Of a stretch of DNA of 64,000 bases, positions 1 through 9,652 are shown piece after piece (the stretch's first letter is position 1; each line of letters starts with the position of its first letter). Made by a program: the position numbers and the translations under genes. Below the pieces are notes generated by a model, which searched no databases, was not told the origin of the DNA, and saw only the letters and a list, made by a program, of their open reading frames with translations. Source of the stretch: Candidatus Methylacidiphilales bacterium (lineage in GTDB: Bacteria; Pseudomonadota; Gammaproteobacteria; JASGCS01); the NCBI GenBank assembly GCA_030054035.1, contig JASGCS010000001.1, forward strand, positions 149,515-213,514, in the 5' to 3' direction.

Positions 1-1
1 A

Positions 2-475
2 AGACTCGAGCGAGAGTTTACCGTTGAAAAAATTTCAGAAGAACCAATTACATGCCCATTTGGAAATTATACTCTCACTGTCTTTAAAGATCTCCTAAAT
101 GATTGCACACATTATTCGTTACATAAAGGAGTTATAAACAGCAACCCTGTTTTGGCGAGAGTCCATGTCGCTGATTTTCTCATTGATACCATTCAGATAG
201 GCAAGCAAAATAACCAACAAGTGAACCACTCAGCACTCTATAAAGCACTTGATGTAATACAGAAACATTCTGGGAGTGCAGTATTGGTTGTGTTATTTAA
301 AAAACAAAACCACTTAAGAGAACCTGCTAACCCTATCGTGGAGAGAAAGATTGGATTGGGTTCACAGATTTTAAAATCACTCGGTGTTCAAAATATTGTC
401 GTGCTTGGCGCTCCAAAATCTTACCCTGGGCTTACTGGATTTGGTTTAAACATAGTTGATCACATAGAATTTTAA
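2..475 (+). CDS. C-terminal part of RibB fused to a degenerate GTP cyclohydrolase II-like domain (RibBX-type), 5'-truncated by window edge
   Basis: Frame open from base 2 (RLEREFTVEKISEE...); C-terminus RKIGLGSQILKSLGV...GLTGFGLNIV typical of RibB-RibA-like fusions; precedes ribH-nusB-thiL-pgpA. Confidence 0.75.
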   Translation, partial: RLEREFTVEKISEEPITCPFGNYTLTVFKDLLNDCTHYSLHKGVINSNPVLARVHVADFLIDTIQIGKQNNQQVNHSALYKALDVIQKHSGSAVLVVLFKKQNHLREPANPIVERKIGLGSQILKSLGVQNIVVLGAPKSYPGLTGFGLNIVDHIEF

Positions 476-476
476 A

Positions 477-983
477 ATGCAACAATATTCTGAATTTGTT
501 AAACTTTTTAAAAATCTTTCAAAAAGTCGTTTTAAAAAAATAAACGCTTTAAAATGTGGGAAAATCGCCATAATTTCAACTCATTGGAATAAGAATATTG
601 TTTCAAATTTGCTCAAACAATCTATTATGACTTTTAACAGATTGGGTATTGAAGATAAAAATATCCAACATTTTTTAGTTCCTGGTGCTTGGGAAATACC
701 TCAACTCGCAAACAATCTATTTTCCCAAAATGCATGTGATTCATTACTCACGATAGGATGCATCATCAAGGGGGAAACCCCTCACTTTGAAATAATCTCC
801 ACACAATCAAGTGAGGCCTTGCTTTCTGTTGCAATGCGCTACAGCGTACCTACCATAAATGGTATTTTAACTACAAACTCAATTGATCAAGCTGAAAGCC
901 GAGTATTCGCCCAACCTCTTGGCAAAGGAGAAGAGTTTGCTATTTCTTTGGTTCTATTATGTAAAGTATGGCAGCGACAATAA
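477..983 (+). CDS. ribH: 6,7-dimethyl-8-ribityllumazine synthase
   Basis: VPGAWEIP, GCIIKGETPHF, VPTINGILTT motifs; synteny. Confidence 0.93.
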   Translation: MQQYSEFVKLFKNLSKSRFKKINALKCGKIAIISTHWNKNIVSNLLKQSIMTFNRLGIEDKNIQHFLVPGAWEIPQLANNLFSQNACDSLLTIGCIIKGETPHFEIISTQSSEALLSVAMRYSVPTINGILTTNSIDQAESRVFAQPLGKGEEFAISLVLLCKVWQRQ

Positions 984-1363
984 GTAACAGAAAAAGAAGA
1001 GCTAAACGAGAGGCGTTATTGGTATATTTGTATCAATTAATTTATAATGTTGAAATTGAATCTGATATAAACCACGCGCCATCAATTGAAACAAGCGATG
1101 CTGCAAAATCGATTATTCAGGCTAAAGAGATTCTTACAAAAAAAATTCAAACTATAGTCTTTAATTGGGAAAGTCTTCATGTAATTGAACAATTGATTTT
1201 AATTATTGGGGCATATGAAATTTTAAATACCAGAGAGTCAAACCCAGTGTTTACCATAAATGAATGTATTATGCTATCAAAAAAGTACGGCTCTCAAGAT
1301 GGATACAAGTTAGTTAACAAAGTACTTGACAAATTTCGACTTGAAATAGCTTCACCACTTTAA
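968..1363 (+). CDS. nusB: Transcription antitermination factor NusB (diverged)
   Basis: RRAKREALL..LYQ N-terminus, INECIMLSKKYGSQDGYKLVNKVLD; between ribH and thiL. Confidence 0.88.
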   Translation: MAATISNRKRRAKREALLVYLYQLIYNVEIESDINHAPSIETSDAAKSIIQAKEILTKKIQTIVFNWESLHVIEQLILIIGAYEILNTRESNPVFTINECIMLSKKYGSQDGYKLVNKVLDKFRLEIASPL

Positions 1364-1365
1364 AA

Positions 1366-2274
1366 ATGAATCGGCAAGGTAAAAATTTCACCGAAGCGGG
1401 GCTATTAAATTTTATTCATAGCAAGGTAACTGAAAGAGATAAATCAATTATTGTTGGGATTGGAGACGACGCAGCAGTGATTACTTCTCATAAAAAAACT
1501 ATTCTAACTACTGATACCCAAACAAGTGGGGTGCATTTTCGCAGTAAAGACACGCCTGAATCAATCGCAACCAAATCTTGCATTTCTTCAATAAGTGATA
1601 TCTTTGCTATGGGAGGAATACCAAAATACCTCTTACTTTCAATTAATGCCCCTAAACTAAATAAAAACTGGTGTGTTAGATTTATAAATCAATTGCTTTT
1701 TGATCTTAAAATATACAATTGCGCTCTGATTGGTGGAAATACCTCAAGAAGTCCAACGCTTTCTATCACAACTACAGTGATAGGAAATGCGTCAAGTTCA
1801 ATGTTGCGTTTTAGAAAAAAAGCTACAAATGGCGATAAAATTTATATTGGAGCACCACTAGGCACTGTGGCAATACATCAAAAATTGTATGGAAAAATAC
1901 CAAACTCTAATGAGTGGGTACATTATTCGAAAAGGGATGTTCAGGCTTCATTGTTAGCTAGTTCGGTAATAGATCTTTCAGATGGATTAGTTGAAGACTT
2001 ACCTAAGATACTTGGCTCAAAAGGAGCATTTATTTTCATTAATAAAATACCCCTTAACCATAAATTAGAAAATAGCAAAAAATTATCCCAAAGAGAAAAG
2101 TTTAAGTTAGCTATTACTGGCGGTGAAGATTATACTCTCTGCATGACTTCAAAAAAAAATCTTACCCAGTTTGGATACACTCAAATAGGTATCGTGAACA
2201 ATTCCAATAAGATATGCTACATTTTGAATAAATCAATTTTTCAATGCAGTCATGGATTCAAGCACTTTGATTAG
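1366..2274 (+). CDS. thiL: Thiamine-monophosphate kinase
   Basis: GIGDDAAV, SDIFAMGG, IDLSDGL, GGEDY motifs. Confidence 0.92.
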   Translation: MNRQGKNFTEAGLLNFIHSKVTERDKSIIVGIGDDAAVITSHKKTILTTDTQTSGVHFRSKDTPESIATKSCISSISDIFAMGGIPKYLLLSINAPKLNKNWCVRFINQLLFDLKIYNCALIGGNTSRSPTLSITTTVIGNASSSMLRFRKKATNGDKIYIGAPLGTVAIHQKLYGKIPNSNEWVHYSKRDVQASLLASSVIDLSDGLVEDLPKILGSKGAFIFINKIPLNHKLENSKKLSQREKFKLAITGGEDYTLCMTSKKNLTQFGYTQIGIVNNSNKICYILNKSIFQCSHGFKHFD

Positions 2275-2719
2275 AGCAAATAAAGCGGTTTTAAGTTTTT
2301 TTGGAATTGGTTATTCCAAATACGCTCCTGGTACTATTGCATCTTTAGTATTTCTTCCTATAATATATTTCTTTGCTGCTAATCATAACGACTTATTGCT
2401 TTATCTTGGAATTGGATTGACGGTATTAGGTACGCTATTAATTATTGTCATAAGGAATAATACTTCAATCAGTCACGATCCATCTTGGATTGTTATTGAT
2501 GAATTAGCAGGGATGTGTTTTGTTTTTATCGCTATCAATCCAACTTTCTTTACGCTAGTAGTAGGATTTTTGTGTTTTAGGTATTTTGATATCCATAAAT
2601 GGGGATTGGTGCGTTTTTTTGATACCAGGAGTCGTTATTCAATATGCGTGATGCTAGATGATTGTGTAGCTGGCATTCAAACAAATGTTATTTTGCAATT
2701 ACTCTTATTTTTTTATTGA
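2252..2719 (+). CDS. pgpA: Phosphatidylglycerophosphatase A
   Basis: APGTIASL, DPSWIVIDELAG, FRYFDIHK, MLDDCVAG; follows thiL. Confidence 0.92.
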   Translation: MDSSTLIRANKAVLSFFGIGYSKYAPGTIASLVFLPIIYFFAANHNDLLLYLGIGLTVLGTLLIIVIRNNTSISHDPSWIVIDELAGMCFVFIAINPTFFTLVVGFLCFRYFDIHKWGLVRFFDTRSRYSICVMLDDCVAGIQTNVILQLLLFFY

Positions 2720-3301
2720 GTAATGGAGTATAAAATTTGGTTTAATTATGTTCAACATTTGTGAGATATCAATTAAGGACATACCAATTAATGCTGAAGG
2801 ATCAGGGGAGATAATTTTTTTACATAACATTAGACCTAATGATTCTGATCTAAGACTTCCTGCACAACTGTACGGTTTATCCTTATTAAGATAAGCCCGA
2901 ATTAATGGACTGCTTAGTTTTTTATAATATACTGTAGTTATATGCAATTTTTTCTGCACTGATTTATTTTTTAAATAAATCACCGAAACAGCGCCATAAA
3001 AGTAAACTTTTTTATTTGAAAATTCTTTCAACTGCATAAAAGCTTGAGAAAATGTTTTAGGTTTGCCATAAAAAGCTTGCTTATAAACACATACCTGATC
3101 AGCGCCAATCACGATAGATTTTGGAAACTTAAGAGCGATTGCTAATGCCTTTTGATACGCTAATCGTGTTACGTAACGATTGGGTAGCTCAAAAGGTAGT
3201 GGGCTTTCATCAATATTGGGTGGAAATACCTTAAACGGGATCTGAAGTCTTTTCATCAGAGCTGAACGAGCAACCGAAGAGCTAGCTAAAATAATATCCA
3301 T
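2705..3301 (-). CDS. maf: Maf-family nucleotide pyrophosphatase (YceF-like); start reassigned to MDIILASSS at 3301
   Basis: ILASSS..R, IDESP, IGADQV, GKP, PYSCAGSLRSESLG; divergent from rpmF. Confidence 0.88.
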   Translation of the reverse strand: MDIILASSSVARSALMKRLQIPFKVFPPNIDESPLPFELPNRYVTRLAYQKALAIALKFPKSIVIGADQVCVYKQAFYGKPKTFSQAFMQLKEFSNKKVYFYGAVSVIYLKNKSVQKKLHITTVYYKKLSSPLIRAYLNKDKPYSCAGSLRSESLGLMLCKKIISPDPSALIGMSLIDISQMLNIIKPNFILHYSIKK

Positions 3302-3391
3302 GATATTTATTATATAGTGCTTTCGTAGTATAGAAAAAAATGGTATTATGTAACAATGAATGAACAAATAAACACAGTAGGGGGCGTATAA

Positions 3392-3604
3392 ATGGCAGTC
3401 CAACAAGGTAAAACTACTTCTTCCCGTAGAGGGATGCGAAGAGCTCATGATGCATTAACCAAAACAAATGTAGCTAAGGACAAACAATCCGGTGAGTTGC
3501 ATTTTAGACATCATATCTCACCTAATGGTTTTTATAAAAATAAAAAAATTGTCTCCTTTAAGCAAAAGAAAGATGCAATCTCAACAGATTCTTCTTCAAC
3601 TTAG
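3392..3604 (+). CDS. rpmF: 50S ribosomal protein L32
   Basis: MAVQQGKTTSSRRGMRRAHDAL...HHISPNGFY. Confidence 0.95.
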   Translation: MAVQQGKTTSSRRGMRRAHDALTKTNVAKDKQSGELHFRHHISPNGFYKNKKIVSFKQKKDAISTDSSST

Positions 3605-3671
3605 AATAATTTTAAATTTAGATTAATTTTTAATATAGGCCTTGGTGTCTTGATTTTAACCTCGAGCTACT

Positions 3672-4682
3672 ATGACTAAAAAATATGTCTTAGCAATTGA
3701 TTTAATGAGTGGCGACTATGGAATTGAAGTTTCAATACCTGCAACCATCCAATTAGTTAATTCTTGTACAGATAAAAACTTAGCATTTTTGCTTATTGGA
3801 GATAAAAAATCCTATAATTTATACGCTAAAGAGCTAAGTAATATTTCACAGATTGAGTATGTATTTGCTGAAGAGATTATAACTATGGAAGAAGAGCCCT
3901 CAAAGGCAATCAGAAAAAAAGATAGCTCTATGAGGGTGATGATTGAGTTAATAAAAGAGGGCAGGGCGGATGGAGGGTTAAGTGCTGGAAACACTGGTGC
4001 GTTAATGATGCTATCACATTTACTAATTAAACCAATTCAGGGAATCATCCGAACTGCAATTTGCGCGCCATTTCCAACTCTCTATGGTAAAACTTGGGTA
4101 TTGGATTTAGGAGCAAATGTAGTTTGTGAGCCAATAAATTTATATCAATTCGCAATTATGTCCCATGCTCTTGTATCCGCAACTGACTTTACTGAATCAC
4201 CATCAATATCTTTGCTTAATGTTGGGAGTGAATCACATAAAGGAAGTCCTTTGGTACAAGAAACTTCTAAATTACTTGAAAAATCTCTACTTAACTATAA
4301 AGGATTTATAGAAGGGGATACTATTTTTACAAACAAGAGTGACATTGTCATTACCGATGGATTTACAGGTAATTCAGTCCTTAAAGCGTGTGAAGGGTTA
4401 GCGCGATATTTAATTCATGAAACCAAAAGGGAAGTTTCAAAGAACATTATGTTAAAAATATTTGGACTTATGGCATTACCAATGTTGCTAAAATTGAAAA
4501 ATAAATACGACCCTTCAAATTACAATGGAGCTAGTTTTTTAGGATTAAATAAAATTATTATTAAAAGCCACGGTAGCACAAATATTAAAGGCTTTAAAAA
4601 TGCTATACAGATTGCTATCCAGCAAATTAAGGCAGATCTACCTAATCAAATTGAACAAAAAATTAAGTACTATAATAACTAG
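3672..4682 (+). CDS. plsX: Phosphate acyltransferase PlsX
   Basis: AIDLMSGD, SAGNTGALM, LDLGANV, LLNVGSE..KG, KSHG. Confidence 0.95.
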   Translation: MTKKYVLAIDLMSGDYGIEVSIPATIQLVNSCTDKNLAFLLIGDKKSYNLYAKELSNISQIEYVFAEEIITMEEEPSKAIRKKDSSMRVMIELIKEGRADGGLSAGNTGALMMLSHLLIKPIQGIIRTAICAPFPTLYGKTWVLDLGANVVCEPINLYQFAIMSHALVSATDFTESPSISLLNVGSESHKGSPLVQETSKLLEKSLLNYKGFIEGDTIFTNKSDIVITDGFTGNSVLKACEGLARYLIHETKREVSKNIMLKIFGLMALPMLLKLKNKYDPSNYNGASFLGLNKIIIKSHGSTNIKGFKNAIQIAIQQIKADLPNQIEQKIKYYNN

Positions 4683-4700
4683 TAATATGTGGATTAAAGC

Positions 4701-5657
4701 ATGATTAGACTTATTGGCACTGGTTCTTGTATGGGTGACACTCTACTATCAAATTCCGAACTTTCAAAATTAGTCGATACAACAGACGATTGGATAAAAT
4801 CAAGGACAGGGATTGAACAACGCTTTATAACAAAAACGACTAGTGCAGATGATGCGGTGGTTAATTATGCCGTTGAGGCTTCAAAAAATGCCCTAGAAAA
4901 CGCTAAAATTTCCGCTTCAGACATCGATTTAGTGATTGTAGCTACTTGTACACCTGGCAGGAATTTACCATCTGTAGCTTGCAGAGTTCAGAATAAACTT
5001 GGTATCAGTAAAAAATGCCAAGCTTTTGATGTTTCTGCAGCTTGTAGCGGTTTTACGTTAGCCTTACATACCGCTCGTGGATTATTCTTGTCATGTCCAG
5101 AAATATCTAAAGCTCTTATAATTGGCTCTGAAGTAATTTCAAGTATAGTTGATTGGAATGATAGGTCAACTTGTGTTTTGTTTGGCGATGGTGCTGGAGC
5201 TGTAATACTTGAAAGATCCTCTTCCGATGTTTTATTTGATACTTATTTTAAGAGCGACGGTTCTTTTATCAATGATTTATATTCTGATCCGAATACTAAC
5301 TTCATTAAAATGGATGGAAAAAAAGTCTTTACGTATGCAGTAGTTGAGATGGTTAACACAATTCAATATTTACTAGATCGTAATAAATTAGACCAAAGCA
5401 AAATTTCATTATTAATCCCACATCAAGCAAATTTAAGAATTATTGAATCTATTGGTAAAAAATTAGAAATCTCATCAGATAAAATTATTAAAACGATTGA
5501 TAGACACGCTAATACTTCTGCCGCATCTATTCCGATTGCTTTAGATTATGCAAATAGGAATAATTTTATTAAAGCGCTTGATTTAGTTGTGCTCGCTTCA
5601 TTTGGTGGTGGTTTTGCTTGGGGAGGCGCTTTATTTACTTGGCCAATTAAGGTTTAG
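4701..5657 (+). CDS. fabH: 3-oxoacyl-ACP synthase III
   Basis: AACSGF (catalytic Cys), LFGDGAGA, PHQAN, ANTSAAS, GGGFAWG. Confidence 0.95.
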   Translation: MIRLIGTGSCMGDTLLSNSELSKLVDTTDDWIKSRTGIEQRFITKTTSADDAVVNYAVEASKNALENAKISASDIDLVIVATCTPGRNLPSVACRVQNKLGISKKCQAFDVSAACSGFTLALHTARGLFLSCPEISKALIIGSEVISSIVDWNDRSTCVLFGDGAGAVILERSSSDVLFDTYFKSDGSFINDLYSDPNTNFIKMDGKKVFTYAVVEMVNTIQYLLDRNKLDQSKISLLIPHQANLRIIESIGKKLEISSDKIIKTIDRHANTSAASIPIALDYANRNNFIKALDLVVLASFGGGFAWGGALFTWPIKV

Positions 5658-6831
5658 TTTTTTCTATTTTCTGCAAGTAATTAATAATTATCTTTTCAAA
5701 ATGTAAAATCTCACTTTCATCCGTGTACCAATGCGGTGATAATCGAATACCTCCCGCTCGAATTGAGGTGATTATATTATTATTTAAAAGATATTCGTAT
5801 AAATCTTGAGGTTTTTTAGGTGAGCCATTTTTATTTTTTAATGTATATGTTAAGATTCCTGAAAGCTTAGGTGTGCGCATAGTTTCAGGAGCAAGTAATT
5901 TAATTCTATCTGAAAATAAACACATTATTTTATCTATACGATTACAATTATGTAGAATTTTCTTTGAGATATTTTTTATTCCAATTTTGTTAATCATTTT
6001 GAGTGATTCATATAGTGCAACTGTTCCAAATAAATTAGGGTTACCATTTTCCAACTTCCTTATTTTTTTAGATATAGCAGGAGAGGGGTGCTTTTCAAAA
6101 TTTATTTCCTTAACACTTCTCCATCCAACTAAAGTACTATTTAATCTGTGTAATAATTTATCACTACAATACATAATACCTAGTCCACTTATTCCGTTTA
6201 ACCATTTGTGACTTCCAGCAACGACTGCATCAATATTTTCCGGTTTATTAATACAAAGACTGAAAGCGCCAATTTGCTGAATTGCGTCAACTATAAGTAA
6301 GCAGTTATTCTCAACACATGCTTTGCTTAATTTTTGTAAATTTACTTGGGATCCTTGCAAATATTGCACCGAACTCACTGCTATTATTTTTGTGTGCTTA
6401 TTAATTTTTTTTAAATAAGCTTCTGTCCAATCAATTTCTTCAATTGACGTATCTACATATACTATTTCGCACCCATGTCTTTTGGATACCTCTTCCCACA
6501 CATATCTGTTAGAAGGAAATTCGTATTTACTTAGAAGTATGTTGTCTCTTTTTTTATACTCAAGTCCAAAAGCAATCGCGCTTAATCCAGTAGATGTGTT
6601 ATTAATTAATGTAATATTATTCTTTGCAATTTCATAGTTGTATTCGCCTAATAGTAACTTTGTAAATTCTATTTTAGAACCATTAATTATTTCTAATATA
6701 TTGTTATTATTTATTTTATTTTTAAAAGTTTGATCTAGCCAAGTTTGAATTTTTACTTTGATTTGTTTTAGCAACAGAGATTGACCTGCGTTGTTTAAAT
6801 AGGCACTTTTAGAATTTTTATAACTTCGCAT
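5647..6831 (-). CDS. Class V PLP-dependent aminotransferase-family enzyme, substrate unknown
   Basis: YLNNAG, EFPSN, VDAIQQIG, GSHKWL (PLP lysine), IRLSPHWY. Confidence 0.85.
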   Translation of the reverse strand: MRSYKNSKSAYLNNAGQSLLLKQIKVKIQTWLDQTFKNKINNNNILEIINGSKIEFTKLLLGEYNYEIAKNNITLINNTSTGLSAIAFGLEYKKRDNILLSKYEFPSNRYVWEEVSKRHGCEIVYVDTSIEEIDWTEAYLKKINKHTKIIAVSSVQYLQGSQVNLQKLSKACVENNCLLIVDAIQQIGAFSLCINKPENIDAVVAGSHKWLNGISGLGIMYCSDKLLHRLNSTLVGWRSVKEINFEKHPSPAISKKIRKLENGNPNLFGTVALYESLKMINKIGIKNISKKILHNCNRIDKIMCLFSDRIKLLAPETMRTPKLSGILTYTLKNKNGSPKKPQDLYEYLLNNNIITSIRAGGIRLSPHWYTDESEILHFEKIIINYLQKIEKTKP

Positions 6832-6907
6832 AATAGATATTATGTAATAATTTAATTTGTATTAATGTAATATTAATATATAATTTACTATAAAATATTA
6901 AACATAT

Positions 6908-7015
6908 ATGGGTAAAGAAGAAAAAGAAAGTGAAAAAACGCAAACTATAAACGAATTTGAAGTCAGCGAAGTTTTAAAACAGTTAAAAGAAGAACAAGAA
7001 AAAAAACCGAGCTAA
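6908..7015 (+). CDS. Possible 35-aa highly charged small protein
   Basis: Hand translation ATG..TAA: MGKEEKESEKTQTINEFEVSEVLKQLKEEQEKKPS; fills the gap between the aminotransferase and tRNA-Leu. Confidence 0.35.
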   Translation: MGKEEKESEKTQTINEFEVSEVLKQLKEEQEKKPS

Positions 7016-7039
7016 TAAAAATTATATTTATAATTGTAA

Positions 7040-7128
7040 TGGTGCCCAGGGCCGGATTTGAACCGGCATGGAGTTTAAGCTCCGAGGGATTTTAAGTCCC
7101 TTGCGTCTACCAATTTCGCCACCTAGGC
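7040..7128 (-). tRNA. tRNA-Leu(TAA)
   Basis: Reverse complement GCCTAGGTGGCGAAATTGGTAGACGC...CTTAAAA...GGTTCAAATCCGGCCCTGGGCACCA; long variable arm. Confidence 0.96.
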
Positions 7129-7137
7129 AATAAGGTG

Positions 7138-7208
7138 AGGCTGAGGCCGGAATTGAACCGACGTACGCGGCTTTGCAGGCCGCTGCATGACCACTCTGCC
7201 ACTCAGCC
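7138..7208 (-). tRNA. tRNA-Cys(GCA), CCA not encoded
   Basis: GGCTGAGTGGCAGAGTGGTCATGC..CTGCAAA..GGTTCAATTCCGGCCTCAGCCT, followed by CAC rather than CCA. Confidence 0.94.
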
Positions 7209-7233
7209 AAATACAGCCAAATAATAAAATATT

Positions 7234-7309
<76 letters not shown>

Positions 7310-7361
7310 AATATAATTTCCCACTATTATCCACTAATATTATATAGTAGTGATGAATAAA

Positions 7362-7919
7362 TTATTTTAAAAAAGGGATTGATTTAAATATATATATAAA
7401 CATTGAATACAAAGATAAAACTAATGACAATAATAAAAAATATTTACCAAGAGTATAAAAATGATCAGAAAATTGATAATTTAAAAGTAGCAATATTATC
7501 GAAAGAAAAAGAAGAGTTGTTTTAAATTTACCAGATAAAGAAACCTGTACAATAGAAGAAACGCCTAATTGCCCCATTCGCTCTCTTAAACCAAGAATAA
7601 TGATCTCCCTTAGATGAATAAGAATTATACAGGTAATAATGAATAAATCAGTATTGTACAGAACAATTATAGTAATTAAAGTTAATTGAATAATGATCTT
7701 GTCAGCAAGAGGATCTAACATTTTGCCAAGAGACGTTACTTGATTATACACGCGAGCAATATAGCCATCTAACCAATCTGAAATTGCAGCTAAAATTAGA
7801 AGTAGAATTGCAAAATTAAGATACGTGTAGTTTTTAGAATAATTAAAATATAAAATGAAAAAAACAATTACGGGTGTTACTATTATTCTTAGAAGTGTGA
7901 TTATATTTGAAAATGTCAT
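7362..7919 (-). CDS. pgsA: CDP-diacylglycerol-glycerol-3-phosphate 3-phosphatidyltransferase
   Basis: NIITLLR, SDWLDGYIAR..GKMLDPLADK. Confidence 0.95.
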   Translation of the reverse strand: MTFSNIITLLRIIVTPVIVFFILYFNYSKNYTYLNFAILLLILAAISDWLDGYIARVYNQVTSLGKMLDPLADKIIIQLTLITIIVLYNTDLFIITCIILIHLREIIILGLRERMGQLGVSSIVQVSLSGKFKTTLLFLSIILLLLNYQFSDHFYTLGKYFLLLSLVLSLYSMFIYIFKSIPFLK

Positions 7920-7972
7920 ACAGATTATATATTTGATATTTTACTTGTAAAATGATAGAAGAAACATAATTG

Positions 7973-9652
7973 TTAAATTTTATTTTGATTCTTAAAATCA
8001 TATTTGATCCTTCTTTTTTCAGACCAATAATTTGTATACTTATGCGCTTCATCTGTGATACTTTGAAGTAAGTACATAAGCATATATGGTAATTTTGTGG
8101 CGTGAGTTGAGCTGGTTGAATTATCATTTTGGTAATAATGAAGTGTAAAATCACCTGAAGCTCTTAAATTGCCTTTAGAAACAGATAAACATGATATTTT
8201 AGGTATATATTTATAGAGAAAATTAGAGTAGATATATTGTAAATGAGTTAAACCACCATCAATACAAAATAATGAGGGAAAGCTAATATTATTTTTTGAT
8301 AAGTGTGAGAAATGCTTATCGCATGCATTTCCAATCATCTCAAGATCATTCTGACTTTTTTTTGTATTTGTATCTAAATAGGAACGGTATCTATTTCTAG
8401 TAAAACCAGTTTGATCAAAGTGAACTATTCCAATAGACGCACCCCTGCCCTGCCAATGGCTAGCATCTACTGTTTCAATTGAATTAATATCTTTCCAATT
8501 TATAGTGTATTCTTGTAAAGCCTGAATTAATTTAATTGGTGATAATTGATGATTTTGTGTTGTTAGAGTTGAGTGTATGGCAAGACTATAAAAATAATCA
8601 CTCGAGATTTCTTTAGAATTATTAATAATATTTATAGATATTGTGAATGAAAAATAAATTGAAAGTGCTTTTTGTAATTCTGCAATTGGGAATATAGGGT
8701 AAATTATTTCTAATTGAAGAGCAGGCAACATTGGTAATTTGTTAAGACAAGCTAACACACCAGAAATACAGAGCTCCATCTCTGACAATAAAAATGAGAT
8801 GGGTTCAATTCTTGTGGTGCTCAAAACCATAATTCCATTTCTTATGGCAATTTGATGAAAACATAGATGAGATGGATGTTTGATAATTGCAATAATGTCT
8901 CTATTGTTTTTTGAATTGTAGTTTTGTCTAGCCTGATCAAGCAACTGAAGAGTGTTATGAAACACAATGGCGCTTTCATAATCATATTTTTTAGAAGCTA
9001 GATTGATTTTATCAAGCAAACTTTCATTAGTTTCTCCAGTACTAGATAAATGATTGCCTTGTAAATAATCAATGCATTGATTTACCTGAAGTTGATATTG
9101 AAATGTATTAACATACTCAACACAAGGAGCTGTGCATTGTTTTAATTCATAGTATAAACATGGGCGTGTTCTATTGGTAAAAGTAGAACTTGAACATGTT
9201 CTAAGCATAAATTTTTTTTGTATAATTTCAATTAAATTTTTAGCTTGAGATTTTTTAGTAAACGGACCAAAACGAATGAGGTGTTGAGATTTTGTTGATG
9301 CACGAGATAATTTTACACATGGATAGTTTTCATTAGATAACTCGACTGTTGTGTAACTTTTATCATCACGAAATATAATATTGTATTTTGGAGAGTACCG
9401 CTTAATTAATTCATACTCAAGTAATAAAGCATCATTTTCATTATTTGTTTGGATAATTTCGATTTCTTTTACATTGCACATTAAAGATTTTGTTTTGGGA
9501 TCGAGGTTTATTTGCTTGTAAGTTAATATTCGATTATGGAGATTTTTAGCTTTACCGACATATAAAGGAATCAAATCATTACACTCACCATACATGAGAT
9601 AGACGCCGCTATAAGTTGGTAGCGCGTGAAGATTATTTATTTCAAAACGCAA
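7973..9652 (-). CDS. uvrC: Excinuclease ABC subunit C lacking the C-terminal HhH domain
   Basis: GIY-YIG (GVYLM..LYVGKAKNL), PKYNIIFRDDKSY, FGPF, CTAPC, IETVDASH, IDGG, DEAH; upstream of pgsA. Confidence 0.9.
   Translation of the reverse strand: MRFEINNLHALPTYSGVYLMYGECNDLIPLYVGKAKNLHNRILTYKQINLDPKTKSLMCNVKEIEIIQTNNENDALLLEYELIKRYSPKYNIIFRDDKSYTTVELSNENYPCVKLSRASTKSQHLIRFGPFTKKSQAKNLIEIIQKKFMLRTCSSSTFTNRTRPCLYYELKQCTAPCVEYVNTFQYQLQVNQCIDYLQGNHLSSTGETNESLLDKINLASKKYDYESAIVFHNTLQLLDQARQNYNSKNNRDIIAIIKHPSHLCFHQIAIRNGIMVLSTTRIEPISFLLSEMELCISGVLACLNKLPMLPALQLEIIYPIFPIAELQKALSIYFSFTISINIINNSKEISSDYFYSLAIHSTLTTQNHQLSPIKLIQALQEYTINWKDINSIETVDASHWQGRGASIGIVHFDQTGFTRNRYRSYLDTNTKKSQNDLEMIGNACDKHFSHLSKNNISFPSLFCIDGGLTHLQYIYSNFLYKYIPKISCLSVSKGNLRASGDFTLHYYQNDNSTSSTHATKLPYMLMYLLQSITDEAHKYTNYWSEKRRIKYDFKNQNKI

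Noticed and set aside
3302-3448. 49-aa N-terminal extension of maf in the ORF track
   Set aside because: It overlaps rpmF and its upstream region; Maf homology starts at MDIILASS (3301)
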